Shown: positions 9,505 to 19,872 of the stretch, piece after piece
How the letters are laid out: the number at the start of each line of letters is the position of its first letter
How positions within the stretch are numbered: position 1 is the stretch's first letter
Source: Candidatus Peregrinibacteria bacterium
GTDB lineage: Bacteria > Patescibacteriota > Gracilibacteria > UBA1369 > GCA-2718715
Length of the DNA: 64,000 bases
NCBI GenBank assembly: GCA_014240275.1
Contig: JAAZXH010000006.1
Coordinates: 12,749-76,748, forward strand
Reading direction: 5' to 3'
Notes under the pieces: model-generated
Databases searched by the model: none
Told to the model about the DNA's origin: nothing
The model's input: the letters and a program-made list of their open reading frames with translations, nothing else
Position numbers and translations under genes: made by a program

Positions 9505-11589
9505 ATGAACGTACTAAGCCTTCTACTAAATATCGAACTTTTAAATTTTGAAATCAGCAATCAAGAACTAGAACTTGAACTCAAAAATAGCTTTGACAAA
9601 AAACAAGTCTATGAACTTTATTTAGACAACCATAAAAACGATGAAGTCAAATTAGCAATTGGAGAAAATACAATCACAGTCGATATCGAGCAAACCATGA
9701 AACTCAAAAATATAATTTTAAAAAACAAAGATAATCAATACCTATTTCCTCTAGTCAAAGAACCACCAAACTGCGATTTATCTCAGAATGCATTTATCAA
9801 CGAGATTAATATCGAAGAAGACTTTATCGAAATATACCTTCCACAAAAAATTGAATATGATTTTCTATACCTAGAAATTGACCAAAAAAAAATCCCAGTA
9901 CCAAACACAGCTGGACTACATATAATCAAATACCAATTACCTAGGAGTAGTGAACAAATCAGTTTGAAACTCTTAAATAAAACTTTAGACGGAATTTGTT
10001 ATCAAAACCAAAGCATCACAGAAAGCGAACTCAACGAACAAAATCAATTCACTTTAACTCACGAAACAAACTGCATTACAACAGAAGCAATTCCTAAAAA
10101 AATGAGTTTAATAAGAACAAACTATCTAGCAAATATCAACACCAATAATTATAAACTTAGTTTAAAATCTACTCCAAACTCTTTACAAAGTCATTTTAAC
10201 AAAAAACCATACGCCGAAATTTCAGTAATCAACCAAGATCAAAACCAAATTAACTTAAGTGCAGAAGAATCAAATGATCCAAACTCAGACAAACTCAAAT
10301 ATCACTGGGAACTCAATAACAAACTGATCTCAAACAAAACCGAAATACTAGTCAATAAAACAAACTCAAATCAAATAATTAACTTAACAGTCGAAGACCC
10401 ACTAAAAATGCAAGATACAACACAATTCACAATTCCAAAAACTGAGACTACATCCAGCTCAAAACAAAACCGTACAACAAAAAACATTAATGAAACCACA
10501 CAACCAATAATGGAAATGCAAAATATACAAAAAACAAATACCATAAACCAAACACCAAATATCAAAATCATCAATCTTTTAGCAAATCCAAGTGGCAAAG
10601 ATCAGAAACAAGAGTGGATAGAATTAAAAAACTTAGGTACAGAGAGTATTAGCACAACCATACAACTCAAAGATACATCTAAACAAATAGAAACAATTCA
10701 AATTAAAAATTTAAAACCTCAAGCAAGCATTAAACATTATCTCAACAAAATAACCTTAAATAATCAAACAGAAGAACTGAAGCTAGTATATAACGAACAA
10801 ACCATACAAGAGATCCAATACCATAACGCACAAGAAGGTCAAATTATAAACCCAAGCAAAACCAACAGTCAACAACAAGAAGAAAAACCAAACAAAAATA
10901 AAAACACACAAGAAGAAAATACAACACAAAGCGAACAGAAAGAACACACAGAAATCCAGAATTCCAAAATAATTGATTTAAAAATTTCAGAAATTTACCC
11001 CAATCCAAACGCTAATGAAAAAGAATGGATAGAAATATACAACAACTCAAATCAAGATGTCAATAACTTTGATTTTCAGATTCTAATCAACAACAGTAAG
11101 AAAAAAAATCCAACATTCACCATACCCAGCAAAGCTTATAAACTAATAGAAGTTTCAAGAATCAACAATCAAGAAGCTCAAATCAGCCTGAAACAAGGTG
11201 ACAGAATCATTGATCAAATTAATTACTCTAAAAGTCTAAAAGGAGAAAGCTTTAGCAAAATAAACCAAATCTTTTATTGGACCAAAGTTATAACACCAGG
11301 AGAAAAAAACCCAATTTTTCAAGAACTTAACGGAACAATCAATTCAATTGAAGATCAAACATTTGAACTTAACAAGCAAAAAATTATCGGAACAATTGAT
11401 AACAAATTCCTAAATCAGAAATTGACACTTCAAATCCTCAAACATAATTCAGACTTATATCTCCAAAAAATTATCAGTATTGAACAAAAAAGCACTACAA
11501 AAATAAGTTCAAAAACAAAAACTATTATTGCAAGCTCTCTAGGTATCTTTACCTTTTGCATAGGAAGTTTAATCAAACACCTTAGCTAA
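9505..11589 (+). CDS. Lamin-tail-domain (LTD) surface protein, Asn/Gln/Lys/Thr-rich, C-terminal TM anchor
   Basis: Two LTD-like segments (INLLANPSGKDQKQEWIELKN; ISEIYPNPNANEKEWIEIYNN), a PKD-like SNDPNSDKLKYHWELN, and a C-terminal hydrophobic helix. Confidence 0.7.
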   Translation: MNVLSLLLNIELLNFEISNQELELELKNSFDKKQVYELYLDNHKNDEVKLAIGENTITVDIEQTMKLKNIILKNKDNQYLFPLVKEPPNCDLSQNAFINEINIEEDFIEIYLPQKIEYDFLYLEIDQKKIPVPNTAGLHIIKYQLPRSSEQISLKLLNKTLDGICYQNQSITESELNEQNQFTLTHETNCITTEAIPKKMSLIRTNYLANINTNNYKLSLKSTPNSLQSHFNKKPYAEISVINQDQNQINLSAEESNDPNSDKLKYHWELNNKLISNKTEILVNKTNSNQIINLTVEDPLKMQDTTQFTIPKTETTSSSKQNRTTKNINETTQPIMEMQNIQKTNTINQTPNIKIINLLANPSGKDQKQEWIELKNLGTESISTTIQLKDTSKQIETIQIKNLKPQASIKHYLNKITLNNQTEELKLVYNEQTIQEIQYHNAQEGQIINPSKTNSQQQEEKPNKNKNTQEENTTQSEQKEHTEIQNSKIIDLKISEIYPNPNANEKEWIEIYNNSNQDVNNFDFQILINNSKKKNPTFTIPSKAYKLIEVSRINNQEAQISLKQGDRIIDQINYSKSLKGESFSKINQIFYWTKVITPGEKNPIFQELNGTINSIEDQTFELNKQKIIGTIDNKFLNQKLTLQILKHNSDLYLQKIISIEQKSTTKISSKTKTIIASSLGIFTFCIGSLIKHLS

Positions 11590-12387
11590 AACTAATTTTC
11601 CAAAAAAACTAATCAACCAAAAGAAAAACAATAAAGAAACTAAAAATTGCGATAAGGAAAAATTAAAGTCTAAAATGAAAGGGAAAAAAACTACCAACAA
11701 AATACTTGGCAGCAAAAATGAAAACTCTAAAAATTTACTAAAATTTTTACTATAAACTTCAGCGATTGCGAAAGGTAGTGAAAAGACTCCAAGTAATAAA
11801 AAAGGGCCTAAGAGATAAAACAATACAAATAAATTAATTAGTAAAACAAAACTTAAGCTAAAGATATTAATATTTTGGGTTCGACGATCACCTTTTATCA
11901 ACAAATAATGTAACTTTCTAAAATACAAACAATACAGACAGTAATTTAAAAGCAACAATCCACCCAAAATCAAATAAATTAAAGGTAAATTTAAACCAAA
12001 AAACTGAATCTTATTTAAAACGAAAATATCAAAATTACCAAACAGCAATATATCTGCATCTAAATGCCAATTTTTAGGAAACAAATTCATTAAAACAATA
12101 GCAAAATTCAAACCCAATGCGCTTAAACCCATAAAAAGTACATCTAAATTAGTTTTAATCGATTCTGCCTTAAATAAACTCCAAACAAGCCATACAAAAA
12201 AAGGAAAGATAATATAGAAAGCTAACCATTTAGAAGCAAACAAAACATACAACAATAACAAAACAGGTAGCAACATATGAGAATAAGCATCTACAAACCT
12301 CAACTTGGAATATAAACTTAACAACAAACCTAGAGGCCAAACAGCGATCAACAAAAGCAGCGACGGAATCAATAAATCAATATACAT
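11569..12387 (-). CDS. Metal ABC transporter permease (ABC-3 family), second copy
   Basis: 272 aa polytopic protein with an FVDAYSHMLLPVLL motif resembling the ABC-3 permease signature. It overlaps the upstream permease gene. Confidence 0.6.
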   Translation of the reverse strand: MYIDLLIPSLLLLIAVWPLGLLLSLYSKLRFVDAYSHMLLPVLLLLYVLFASKWLAFYIIFPFFVWLVWSLFKAESIKTNLDVLFMGLSALGLNFAIVLMNLFPKNWHLDADILLFGNFDIFVLNKIQFFGLNLPLIYLILGGLLLLNYCLYCLYFRKLHYLLIKGDRRTQNINIFSLSFVLLINLFVLFYLLGPFLLLGVFSLPFAIAEVYSKNFSKFLEFSFLLPSILLVVFFPFILDFNFSLSQFLVSLLFFFWLISFFGKLVLAKVFD

Positions 12388-13150
12388 ATTTGAATCTTAA
12401 AGGCAGTAAAAATAAAACAAGCAGTACAACTGCAGTAGGACCAAATAAAAATCCATCAAAATTAGCAAACAAATAATAACCACAACAAACAGCTGAAACA
12501 TTAACCACACCTGTAATCCAAAAAAAAGTTCTTTTGCAAGTCATACCTGAAGCTAAACATAGAAAATGTAACACTGAAACAGCCATACCTGCAATTAAAC
12601 CAAAAACGTATATCAACAAAAATTGCATAAGAATAGTCATAATGGCTAACAAAAAGCTTGAAAACCAACTTACTCTTAAATTTAAAAAATAATGTGCAAA
12701 CAAACGATGATTAAATAAAAGGTTAAAAAGCAACAAGACCAAACTCAAAAGTAACAAAAGTTTAGTTTCAAACTGGTTTAAATAAGCTGGATTCCCCAAG
12801 ATCAAAGTTTTGGATAAATCAAAGTTAACTAAATTTTTCTTTAATAAAAATCCCAATAACATAACACCAGCAGCATAAAAACCTGAAACCATACTAACTA
12901 CTAACAAGTCTATTGCCTTATTATGCCTTACAAAAACCTTTTTTACTCCAAAGGCAAAGCAATATGCAAAGCATACAGCTAAAAAAGTAATACCAACATT
13001 AAACACACCAAAAGTTAAAATTCCTGCACCGACAAAAAACAAAATAGCATGCATTAAAACTTCTAATAACACAATATCTCTATTCAAAATCCAAACTGGA
13101 GAAATAAAAGTTAAATTCAAAACGATAGCAATCAATAAAGCCAGCAACAT
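12377..13150 (-). CDS. Metal ABC transporter permease (ABC-3 family)
   Basis: 257 aa polytopic protein (LLEVLMHAILFFVGAG) placed between the ATPase gene and the second permease gene. Confidence 0.65.
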   Translation of the reverse strand: MLLALLIAIVLNLTFISPVWILNRDIVLLEVLMHAILFFVGAGILTFGVFNVGITFLAVCFAYCFAFGVKKVFVRHNKAIDLLVVSMVSGFYAAGVMLLGFLLKKNLVNFDLSKTLILGNPAYLNQFETKLLLLLSLVLLLFNLLFNHRLFAHYFLNLRVSWFSSFLLAIMTILMQFLLIYVFGLIAGMAVSVLHFLCLASGMTCKRTFFWITGVVNVSAVCCGYYLFANFDGFLFGPTAVVLLVLFLLPLRFKYVY

Positions 13151-13842
13151 TAGAAATATAATTTTAAAAACAAATCTTTAGACAATACTTTTTTTGGGTC
13201 TCCATGAGCTAGTATCCCTTCTTTTAATAAGATAACACGGTCAGACATTTTACGAGCGATTCCCCAATCATGATTTACGCTCAAAATAGAACCACCAGTA
13301 TCTCTAAATTTTTTAAAAATCAGAATCATCTCGTCCACATACCTAGCATCAATATTATTAAATGGTTCATCTAACAACAAAACCTTGGGATCTAATAACA
13401 TAGCTTGAGCTATCAACAACTTTTGTCTTTCTCCACCAGACAGCTGTGTAATAGCAGAACTAGCAATTTGATCCAAACCAAACTCTCGTAATATTTTTTC
13501 AATCTTTTTCTGTTCTACATAACTTAAGCGATAAAAAACGCTATGGTCTTTTAAAAAAGCTAAAGCTAAAAACTCATGAACTGACATCGGGAAATTAAAA
13601 TTCATATTTGCAAACTGCTTAACAAAAGCTAGCTTATCTTGAGGCAAATACCATTTAATGTCACCAGAGCCATGTTTCAAAAAACCTAAAACCAAATTTA
13701 ACAAAGTAGTTTTACCACTTCCATTTTGACCTAAAAAAGTCAAAATCTCACCTGGCTTAAAATCAAAACTAATATTTTCTAATAGGGCATCTTGATCCTT
13801 ATACCTAAAAGATAAATCCTCAACAGTTAATAGCTTATTCAT
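13150..13842 (-). CDS. Metal ABC transporter ATP-binding protein
   Basis: Walker A GQNGSGKTTLL, signature LSGGERQK, Walker B LLLDEP. Confidence 0.9.
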   Translation of the reverse strand: MNKLLTVEDLSFRYKDQDALLENISFDFKPGEILTFLGQNGSGKTTLLNLVLGFLKHGSGDIKWYLPQDKLAFVKQFANMNFNFPMSVHEFLALAFLKDHSVFYRLSYVEQKKIEKILREFGLDQIASSAITQLSGGERQKLLIAQAMLLDPKVLLLDEPFNNIDARYVDEMILIFKKFRDTGGSILSVNHDWGIARKMSDRVILLKEGILAHGDPKKVLSKDLFLKLYF

Positions 13843-14731
13843 ATATAACCATTAAATTATAGCGAATATAGTCAATAAAAGTTTGACCTGCTTGCAATGA
13901 ATCTCCAAGCAATGGCTGTGAAACAAAATTAGCCTCAAAACCCTGTTGAGCTAAAATTTCTTGCAATTTTACAAGGGGTTTAGAATTCACAGTTGACTCT
14001 GTATAAATATCTGAAATTTGATTCTCAACCATAAAATCTGCCAAATCTCTGATCTCCTTTAATGAAAAATCTGCTTCAGTAGTAATTCCAATCAATGATT
14101 TAACTTCAAACCCCATAACACGCGCCAAATAAGAAAAAGCATCATGAGTTGTAACCAAATATTTCAAATCGGCATTTGTTTGCATCTCAATTTGTAAAGA
14201 TTTTAGATCATTTAATTGCATCTGAAAGTCATCCAGATTTGCTGAAAGAAGTGTAGCATCTATAGAGCTAAATTGATTAATAATACTTTCAAAAATTAAT
14301 TCTGATGCAGTTGTCATCAAATCTAAATCAAACCAAAAATGAGGGTCATATTTAGGGTCAACAGTGGCAACTTGAATTAAATTTTGTTCTGATAAAGAGT
14401 CTCCTACAAACAAAATATTAAGTTGGTCGTCAATTAATTTTAAACCTTCATACATTGAAGCCTCTAAATGCAATCCATTTGCAATAATTAAATCTGCCGA
14501 TTTAATAAGTTCTAAATCTGCAGCACTTAAAGTATATAAATGAGGATCAACTCCGGGGGGAAATAAAGTTTTAACTGTCAAGTCAGTTCCCTGAACTAAA
14601 TCAGACGCTACACTACCCATATGGGTGGTAGTAGCAAGGATATTAAATTTTTCAGATCCTTGTTCTTGTAAACTCCAGTTCCAAACAAAAAGTAAAAGAA
14701 ATAAAAAGACTAGCGTAATAATTTTTTTCAT
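13835..14731 (-). CDS. Metal (Mn/Zn) ABC transporter substrate-binding protein, ZnuA/TroA family
   Basis: Signal peptide, then GVDPHLYTLSAADLELIKSADLIIANGLHLE and DPHFWFD, both typical of cluster A-I binding proteins. Confidence 0.85.
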   Translation of the reverse strand: MKKIITLVFLFLLLFVWNWSLQEQGSEKFNILATTTHMGSVASDLVQGTDLTVKTLFPPGVDPHLYTLSAADLELIKSADLIIANGLHLEASMYEGLKLIDDQLNILFVGDSLSEQNLIQVATVDPKYDPHFWFDLDLMTTASELIFESIINQFSSIDATLLSANLDDFQMQLNDLKSLQIEMQTNADLKYLVTTHDAFSYLARVMGFEVKSLIGITTEADFSLKEIRDLADFMVENQISDIYTESTVNSKPLVKLQEILAQQGFEANFVSQPLLGDSLQAGQTFIDYIRYNLMVIYE

Positions 14732-14744
14732 GTAAAGTAATTTT

Positions 14745-14760
14745 GTTAAGCGTGCCTAAC
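14745..14760. promoter_or_regulatory. Candidate DtxR/MntR-type operator in the divergent promoter region
   Basis: Imperfect palindrome GTTAAGCGTGCCTAAC (12 of 16 positions self-complementary). The right half GCCTAAC matches the DtxR-box core. It sits between the ABC operon and the repressor gene. Confidence 0.35.
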
Positions 14761-14786
14761 TTTAACACATCCCTAAATAAAATGCA

Positions 14787-15197
14787 ATGAAATTTCAAAC
14801 AATCAACCCAAACCGAGCCATAGAAGATTATTTAGAAACTATATACGAACTCAGCCTTAAAAATTCCAAGGTTAAAGTCAGTAACATTGCCCAAGCTCTT
14901 CAAATAACAAAGGCTTCAGTCAGCCAAATGTTAAACAAACTCGCTAAAGGCAAATACATTTTGTATACCAAATACAAACCTATTCAACTAACTGAAATTG
15001 GAATCAAAATTGGACAAGAAATTCATCACAAACACCAGGTTTTAGAAAACTTTTTTGATATTTTATCAATTCCAAAAGAAATTCAGTTAAAAGATATTCA
15101 TGGCATCGAACACTACCTAAGCACCACTACCCTAACCCAAATCGAAAAACTCAATACAAAACTATCAAACTTAAATATAAAAATCGACGCCAACTAA
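14787..15197 (+). CDS. mntR: DtxR-family metalloregulator, MntR-like
   Basis: 136 aa with IEDYLETIYEL, a wHTH region (VSNIAQALQITKASVSQMLNKL), HHKHQVLENFF and GIEHYLS, matching MntR metal-ligand positions. Confidence 0.75.
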   Translation: MKFQTINPNRAIEDYLETIYELSLKNSKVKVSNIAQALQITKASVSQMLNKLAKGKYILYTKYKPIQLTEIGIKIGQEIHHKHQVLENFFDILSIPKEIQLKDIHGIEHYLSTTTLTQIEKLNTKLSNLNIKIDAN

Positions 15198-15199
15198 CC

Positions 15200-15228
15200 T
15201 TGACAACACCTATTTTTTAACTTAAATT
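15200..15228 (+). promoter_or_regulatory. Putative sigma-70 promoter of guaB
   Basis: TTGACA-17 nt-TAAATT, ending 25 nt upstream of the guaB ATG. Confidence 0.45.
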
Positions 15229-15253
15229 ATACAACATACTATAAACACGTACG

Positions 15254-16735
15254 ATGACTCAAAAAAACATCCCACAATATTTAACGTTTGACGACGTTTT
15301 GATCAAACCCCAATATTCGGAAGTGCTCCCTACTCAAACTTGCGTCAAAACACAATTAACTAAAAAAATTAGCTTAAACGTTCCCCTACTTTCAGCCGCT
15401 ATGGACACTGTAACTGAACACGAACTAGCAATTGCAATTGCACTAGAAGGAGGAATTGGCATTATCCATAAAAACTTAAATCCAGACCAACAAGCCCTAG
15501 AGGTTGAAAAAGTAAAACGTTTCGAAAACGGATTCATCACTGACCCAATTTGTGCTAAACCAACCGATACCATAGAACAAATTATTCAAATCAGAGAAAC
15601 TTTTGGATACAAAGAAGTTCCAATCACTACAGATGGAACCAAAAAAGGCCAACTACTTGGGATGATCAACACAAACGATTACGTTTATCCAAAACATAAA
15701 GACAAAACTGTACACGAAAGAATGCGAGAAGTTTCAGAGTTATTAATAACAGAATCTGGCTTAACATTAAGCCAAGCAAACGATATTCTAGAAGAAAGTC
15801 GCCACAGCAAATTAATTATCGTAAACAACAAGCAAGAGCTCAAGTTAGAAGCACTTGTCACTCGTAGAGATCTTGAAAAAAACAAACTTTACCCAAATGC
15901 TTGTAAAGATGAACAAAAAAGACTCCGTGTTGGAGCAGCCATAGGCCCAGCCAAAAACATGGAGGAACGTGCAGCAAAATTGGTACAAGCCGGAGTTGAC
16001 GTTTTAGTTGTAGACACAGCACACGGGCACTCCAAAGGAGTTATTGATGTTATTAAATTCATAAAAAAAACCTACCCGAATGTAGAAGTCATAGGCGGAA
16101 ACATAGCTACCAAACAAGCAGTTAAAGCATTAGCAGAAGCTGGAGCAGATTCAGTTAAAGTTGGAATTGGACCAGGCTCTATTTGTACAACTCGTGTAAT
16201 TACAGGCATTGGAGTACCTCAACTTTCAGCCGTCATGGAATGTGTAGAAGAAGCCAATAAACATGGTATCCCAGTCATCGCTGATGGTGGAGTTAAACTT
16301 TCAGGAGATATCGCCAAAGCTATTGCAGCTGGAGCTTCCTGTGTCATGATAGGATCCTTATTTGCAGGAACGAAAGAAAGCCCGGGTCAACTCATTTCTT
16401 ACAATGGTAAAACCTTTAAATCATATCGCGGAATGGGATCCATTGGTGCAATGCAAAAAGGGGGCAAAGAACGATACGGACAATCAGAAATCGAAGAAGC
16501 CCACAAATATATAGCTGAAGGAATCGAAGGCCAAATCTTATACAAAGGACCAATTGAACAAGAAATCTTTCAACTTGTAGGTGGACTTAAATCTTCAATG
16601 GGATATACTGGAAGTAAGGATATTCCAACTTTCCAGCAACGAGCAGAGTTCGTACAAATTACTGCCGCTGGCTTTATAGAAAGCCATCCACACGACGTAC
16701 AAATTAACAAGGATGCTCCCAACTACAAACGCTAA
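15254..16735 (+). CDS. guaB: IMP dehydrogenase
   Basis: Full-length IMPDH with a CBS pair and the catalytic loop [11 protein letters not shown]. Confidence 0.97.
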   Translation: MTQKNIPQYLTFDDVLIKPQYSEVLPTQTCVKTQLTKKISLNVPLLSAAMDTVTEHELAIAIALEGGIGIIHKNLNPDQQALEVEKVKRFENGFITDPICAKPTDTIEQIIQIRETFGYKEVPITTDGTKKGQLLGMINTNDYVYPKHKDKTVHERMREVSELLITESGLTLSQANDILEESRHSKLIIVNNKQELKLEALVTRRDLEKNKLYPNACKDEQKRLRVGAAIGPAKNMEERAAKLVQAGVDVLVVDTAHGHSKGVIDVIKFIKKTYPNVEVIGGNIATKQAVKALAEAGADSVKVGIGPGSICTTRVITGIGVPQLSAVMECVEEANKHGIPVIADGGVKLSGDIAKAIAAGASCVMIGSLFAGTKESPGQLISYNGKTFKSYRGMGSIGAMQKGGKERYGQSEIEEAHKYIAEGIEGQILYKGPIEQEIFQLVGGLKSSMGYTGSKDIPTFQQRAEFVQITAAGFIESHPHDVQINKDAPNYKR

Positions 16736-16744
16736 CTTCAATTT

Positions 16745-18475
16745 ATGATCAATGATTTACTCAAAAAACAGTTTCAAACATTGATCAAACTCCTACAACT
16801 CAGACAAGAAAAAACTGATTTTTTTCGTATTCGCTCTTACCAAAAAGTAGTAGATACCTTAGACACCCTCACCTACCCTATTTCTGAAATTGTAGATTTA
16901 AAAACTCATACCTTTACTGAAAAAATTGATGGGTTTGGCAAAAACTCTATGGATAAAATCATAGAATTTATAGAACACAAAAAAATTCATGAAATTGAAA
17001 AGTTATTGGAAATTTACCCCCAAAGTCTAATCAACCTTACCGACATTCAGGGCCTTGGACCCAAAACCTTGCGACTCTTACACGACACCTTCCATATTCA
17101 AAACTCTAAAGATTTAAAAAAAGCCCTTAAAGACCCAAAAGTTTACGACCTACCCCGGATGGGAGAAAAAACGGTTCATAAGATCCTTCACAATTTAGAA
17201 ATTCACCTACTAGCCAAACAACGCAAAGCCATAGGTGATATTTATACGGATATTATAGAACTTAAAAACACCATTCAATCCATACCTGAAGTTCAAGATT
17301 GCGAAATTGCAGGATCCTTTAGACGCTTTAAAGAAAGCGTGGGAGATATCGATATTTTAATTACCTGCCATCCAAAAAACCAGTCTCAAGTAATCCAATC
17401 TATCACTGAACTTGCAGCGATTAACCAAATTATTAACCAAGGAGAAACCAAAATCACAGCTTTGATCAAAGACAAACTCCAAGTTGACTTTCGCATAGTA
17501 AAACCAGAAGAATTTGGGTCAGCTTTAATGTACTTTACAGGGAGCAAACAACACAACATTTTAATTCGCAAACTCGCAATTGAAAAACAAATGAAAGTCT
17601 CAGAGTATGGAATTTTTGACAAAAACGACAAACTCTTAGCATCCCAAACCGAACAAGAAATTTACAAGAAATTAGGTCTTAATTACATCCCACCCGAAAA
17701 CAGACTCGGAACAGATGAAATAGCATATGCCAAAAACAACAACTATGAAAACCAGCTTCAGATTACAGATATTCAAGGAGACCTACATCTACACAGCACC
17801 TACTCTGACGGTCGCAATACAATTTTTGAAATGGCACAGAAAGCTCAAAAATTAAATTACCAATTTTTAGCAATAACTGACCATTCCAAAAGTTTAAAAA
17901 TAGCATCTGGTCTTTCTAAAAACACAATGCAAGAAAAACTTTTAGAAATACAAAAAATCCAAACAAGTTTAGAAATTCAACTTTTAATGGGAACCGAAGT
18001 AGATATCATGCCAGATGGTTCCCTAGATTACTCAGACCAAACACTTAACATGTGCGACATAGTAGTTGCCAGCGTACACCAAGGGATGACTCACGGCTAT
18101 CAAGCCAGAATCTTAAAAGCCATTGAAAACCCACACGTTACTATAATTGGACACTTAACAGGAAGAGAATACGGAAAACGCGAAGCCCAAAACCTAGACT
18201 TCGATTTGATTTTCAAAGCCTGTCATAAAAACCAAGTCGTTCTAGAAATAAACTGCCAGCCAAGGCGATTTGACATCAACTGGAAACTTGCAACCCAAGC
18301 CAAAAAACACAACTGCTTGTTTAGTATCAATACCGACGCCCACAGCACCAAGCAACTAGACAACATGCACTTTGGAATCAAAATTGCCAACAAAGCCATG
18401 TTAAACAGATCGCAAATTATCAATACTTGGTCAGTCGAAAAGTTAAAGCAAATTAAAAAACAAAAGCTAAATTAG
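16745..18475 (+). CDS. polX: DNA polymerase X family protein with C-terminal PHP domain
   Basis: HhH motifs (GLGPKT, GEKT), the Pol-beta nucleotidyltransferase motif GSFRRFKESVGDIDIL, and PHP histidines (GDLHLHSTYSDG, ITDHS, NTDAHS). Confidence 0.9.
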   Translation: MINDLLKKQFQTLIKLLQLRQEKTDFFRIRSYQKVVDTLDTLTYPISEIVDLKTHTFTEKIDGFGKNSMDKIIEFIEHKKIHEIEKLLEIYPQSLINLTDIQGLGPKTLRLLHDTFHIQNSKDLKKALKDPKVYDLPRMGEKTVHKILHNLEIHLLAKQRKAIGDIYTDIIELKNTIQSIPEVQDCEIAGSFRRFKESVGDIDILITCHPKNQSQVIQSITELAAINQIINQGETKITALIKDKLQVDFRIVKPEEFGSALMYFTGSKQHNILIRKLAIEKQMKVSEYGIFDKNDKLLASQTEQEIYKKLGLNYIPPENRLGTDEIAYAKNNNYENQLQITDIQGDLHLHSTYSDGRNTIFEMAQKAQKLNYQFLAITDHSKSLKIASGLSKNTMQEKLLEIQKIQTSLEIQLLMGTEVDIMPDGSLDYSDQTLNMCDIVVASVHQGMTHGYQARILKAIENPHVTIIGHLTGREYGKREAQNLDFDLIFKACHKNQVVLEINCQPRRFDINWKLATQAKKHNCLFSINTDAHSTKQLDNMHFGIKIANKAMLNRSQIINTWSVEKLKQIKKQKLN

Positions 18476-18538
18476 AAAATCCAAACCACTTGGCCTAACA
18501 AAACTTAAGCTCTAATATAATTACCATTCAAAGTATTT

Positions 18539-19366
18539 ATGTTAGAACAATTACCCGAACCAATCAGCCTCATTTGCCACCAAAATGCAGATTTTGACGC
18601 AATAACAAGCCTTTATCTTCTTGAGGAGTGGTTAAAAAACATAGGCAAAAAACAAATCACTCTGCATTGTAAAACCGGGCTCCCAAAACAAATACCCTCA
18701 TTTTCTAACACTAGAATTTCAAAAAGCCCCCCAAAAGGGCGTAGCCTAATAACCGTAGACTGTAGAGCAATTGAAAGAACTGGTTTTGAATTAAAAAAAA
18801 TAGACATTAACTTTGACCACCATGAAGGCAACACCCAATTTGGAAATTTAAACATAGTAGATCGAAAAGCAGTAAGCACAACGGAATTACTTTGGAAGCT
18901 CATACCCAAATCACTTCAAAACCCATTAATCTGCAAACTAAGCCTCATTGGAATCTTAAGCGATAGTCAAAACCTTCAAACTCCAAATACCAAAAGCACT
19001 ACCTTTAAAACTGTTGCGAAAATACTCAAAACTTCAAAGCAACTTCAAAATGCACACCAGATTCTAAAACCCAAACTAAAATCTAAAGAACTTAAACAGC
19101 TAGGTGAAATTTTGAGCCAATCTGAAATTAATCAAAAACAAATTGGTTTTGTTTATTTAAATCAAAAATATCCAAAAAACATCAGGAATCTAGCCATTCA
19201 ACATCTCAATCAATTGCAAAATATCAAAGCTACCTGCCTTTTAGAAAATGAGGAAGGTCGCATTCAAGGTTCGTTGCGCAGCCAAACCATCGATGTTAAT
19301 AAAATCAGCCAGCTCTTCAACGGAGGAGGACACAAAAAAGCCGCCGGGTTTGAAACTCAGATTTAA
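18539..19366 (+). CDS. DHH/DHHA1 phosphoesterase (NrnA-like)
   Basis: HQNADFDA, DHHEGN and C-terminal GGGHKKAAGF motifs. Confidence 0.75.
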   Translation: MLEQLPEPISLICHQNADFDAITSLYLLEEWLKNIGKKQITLHCKTGLPKQIPSFSNTRISKSPPKGRSLITVDCRAIERTGFELKKIDINFDHHEGNTQFGNLNIVDRKAVSTTELLWKLIPKSLQNPLICKLSLIGILSDSQNLQTPNTKSTTFKTVAKILKTSKQLQNAHQILKPKLKSKELKQLGEILSQSEINQKQIGFVYLNQKYPKNIRNLAIQHLNQLQNIKATCLLENEEGRIQGSLRSQTIDVNKISQLFNGGGHKKAAGFETQI

Positions 19367-19872
19367 ACCCTAAGTAGATAACTCAATAAAAAACCAATTA
19401 AATAAGCAATACCAGCTGCTACACCCCCTAAAAGCAACGTTTCTGATGCAGCTTTAATACAACTTTCTTTCAAAAATAAACTCTTTAAAAAACCTACTAA
19501 AGCTAAAGCCAAACTAGTTAAAGCTATGGTCCAAGCAAAACTATTGCATGCAAATTCAAATAAGGCATCGTAAACATAAATCAAAAGCGGAATTGAACCT
19601 AAAACTAAAAATGCCACAAAAGTCATTAAACCACCAAGCAAAGCCTTATGCTTGGAAGCTTTACTTGCACTTTCAGTCTTTTCAGATAAATATTTAGAAA
19701 CCCCCATTGAAAAGCCATCAGCAACAAGGTTAGATAAACCTAAAATTAAAATTACTGCTGGTGACAAACCACCACCCTCAACTCCCGCCACTACCGCAAA
19801 GGTAGTTATGATTCCATCGATGGAACCATATACAAAGTCTGGTAAAAATTTTCTATCCAAAAATTTAAGCAT
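19363..19872 (-). CDS. VIT1/CCC1-family iron/manganese transporter
   Basis: DGIITTFAVVAG motif and 5 TM segments. It overlaps the upstream antiporter gene by 8 nt. Confidence 0.8.
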   Translation of the reverse strand: MLKFLDRKFLPDFVYGSIDGIITTFAVVAGVEGGGLSPAVILILGLSNLVADGFSMGVSKYLSEKTESASKASKHKALLGGLMTFVAFLVLGSIPLLIYVYDALFEFACNSFAWTIALTSLALALVGFLKSLFLKESCIKAASETLLLGGVAAGIAYLIGFLLSYLLRV

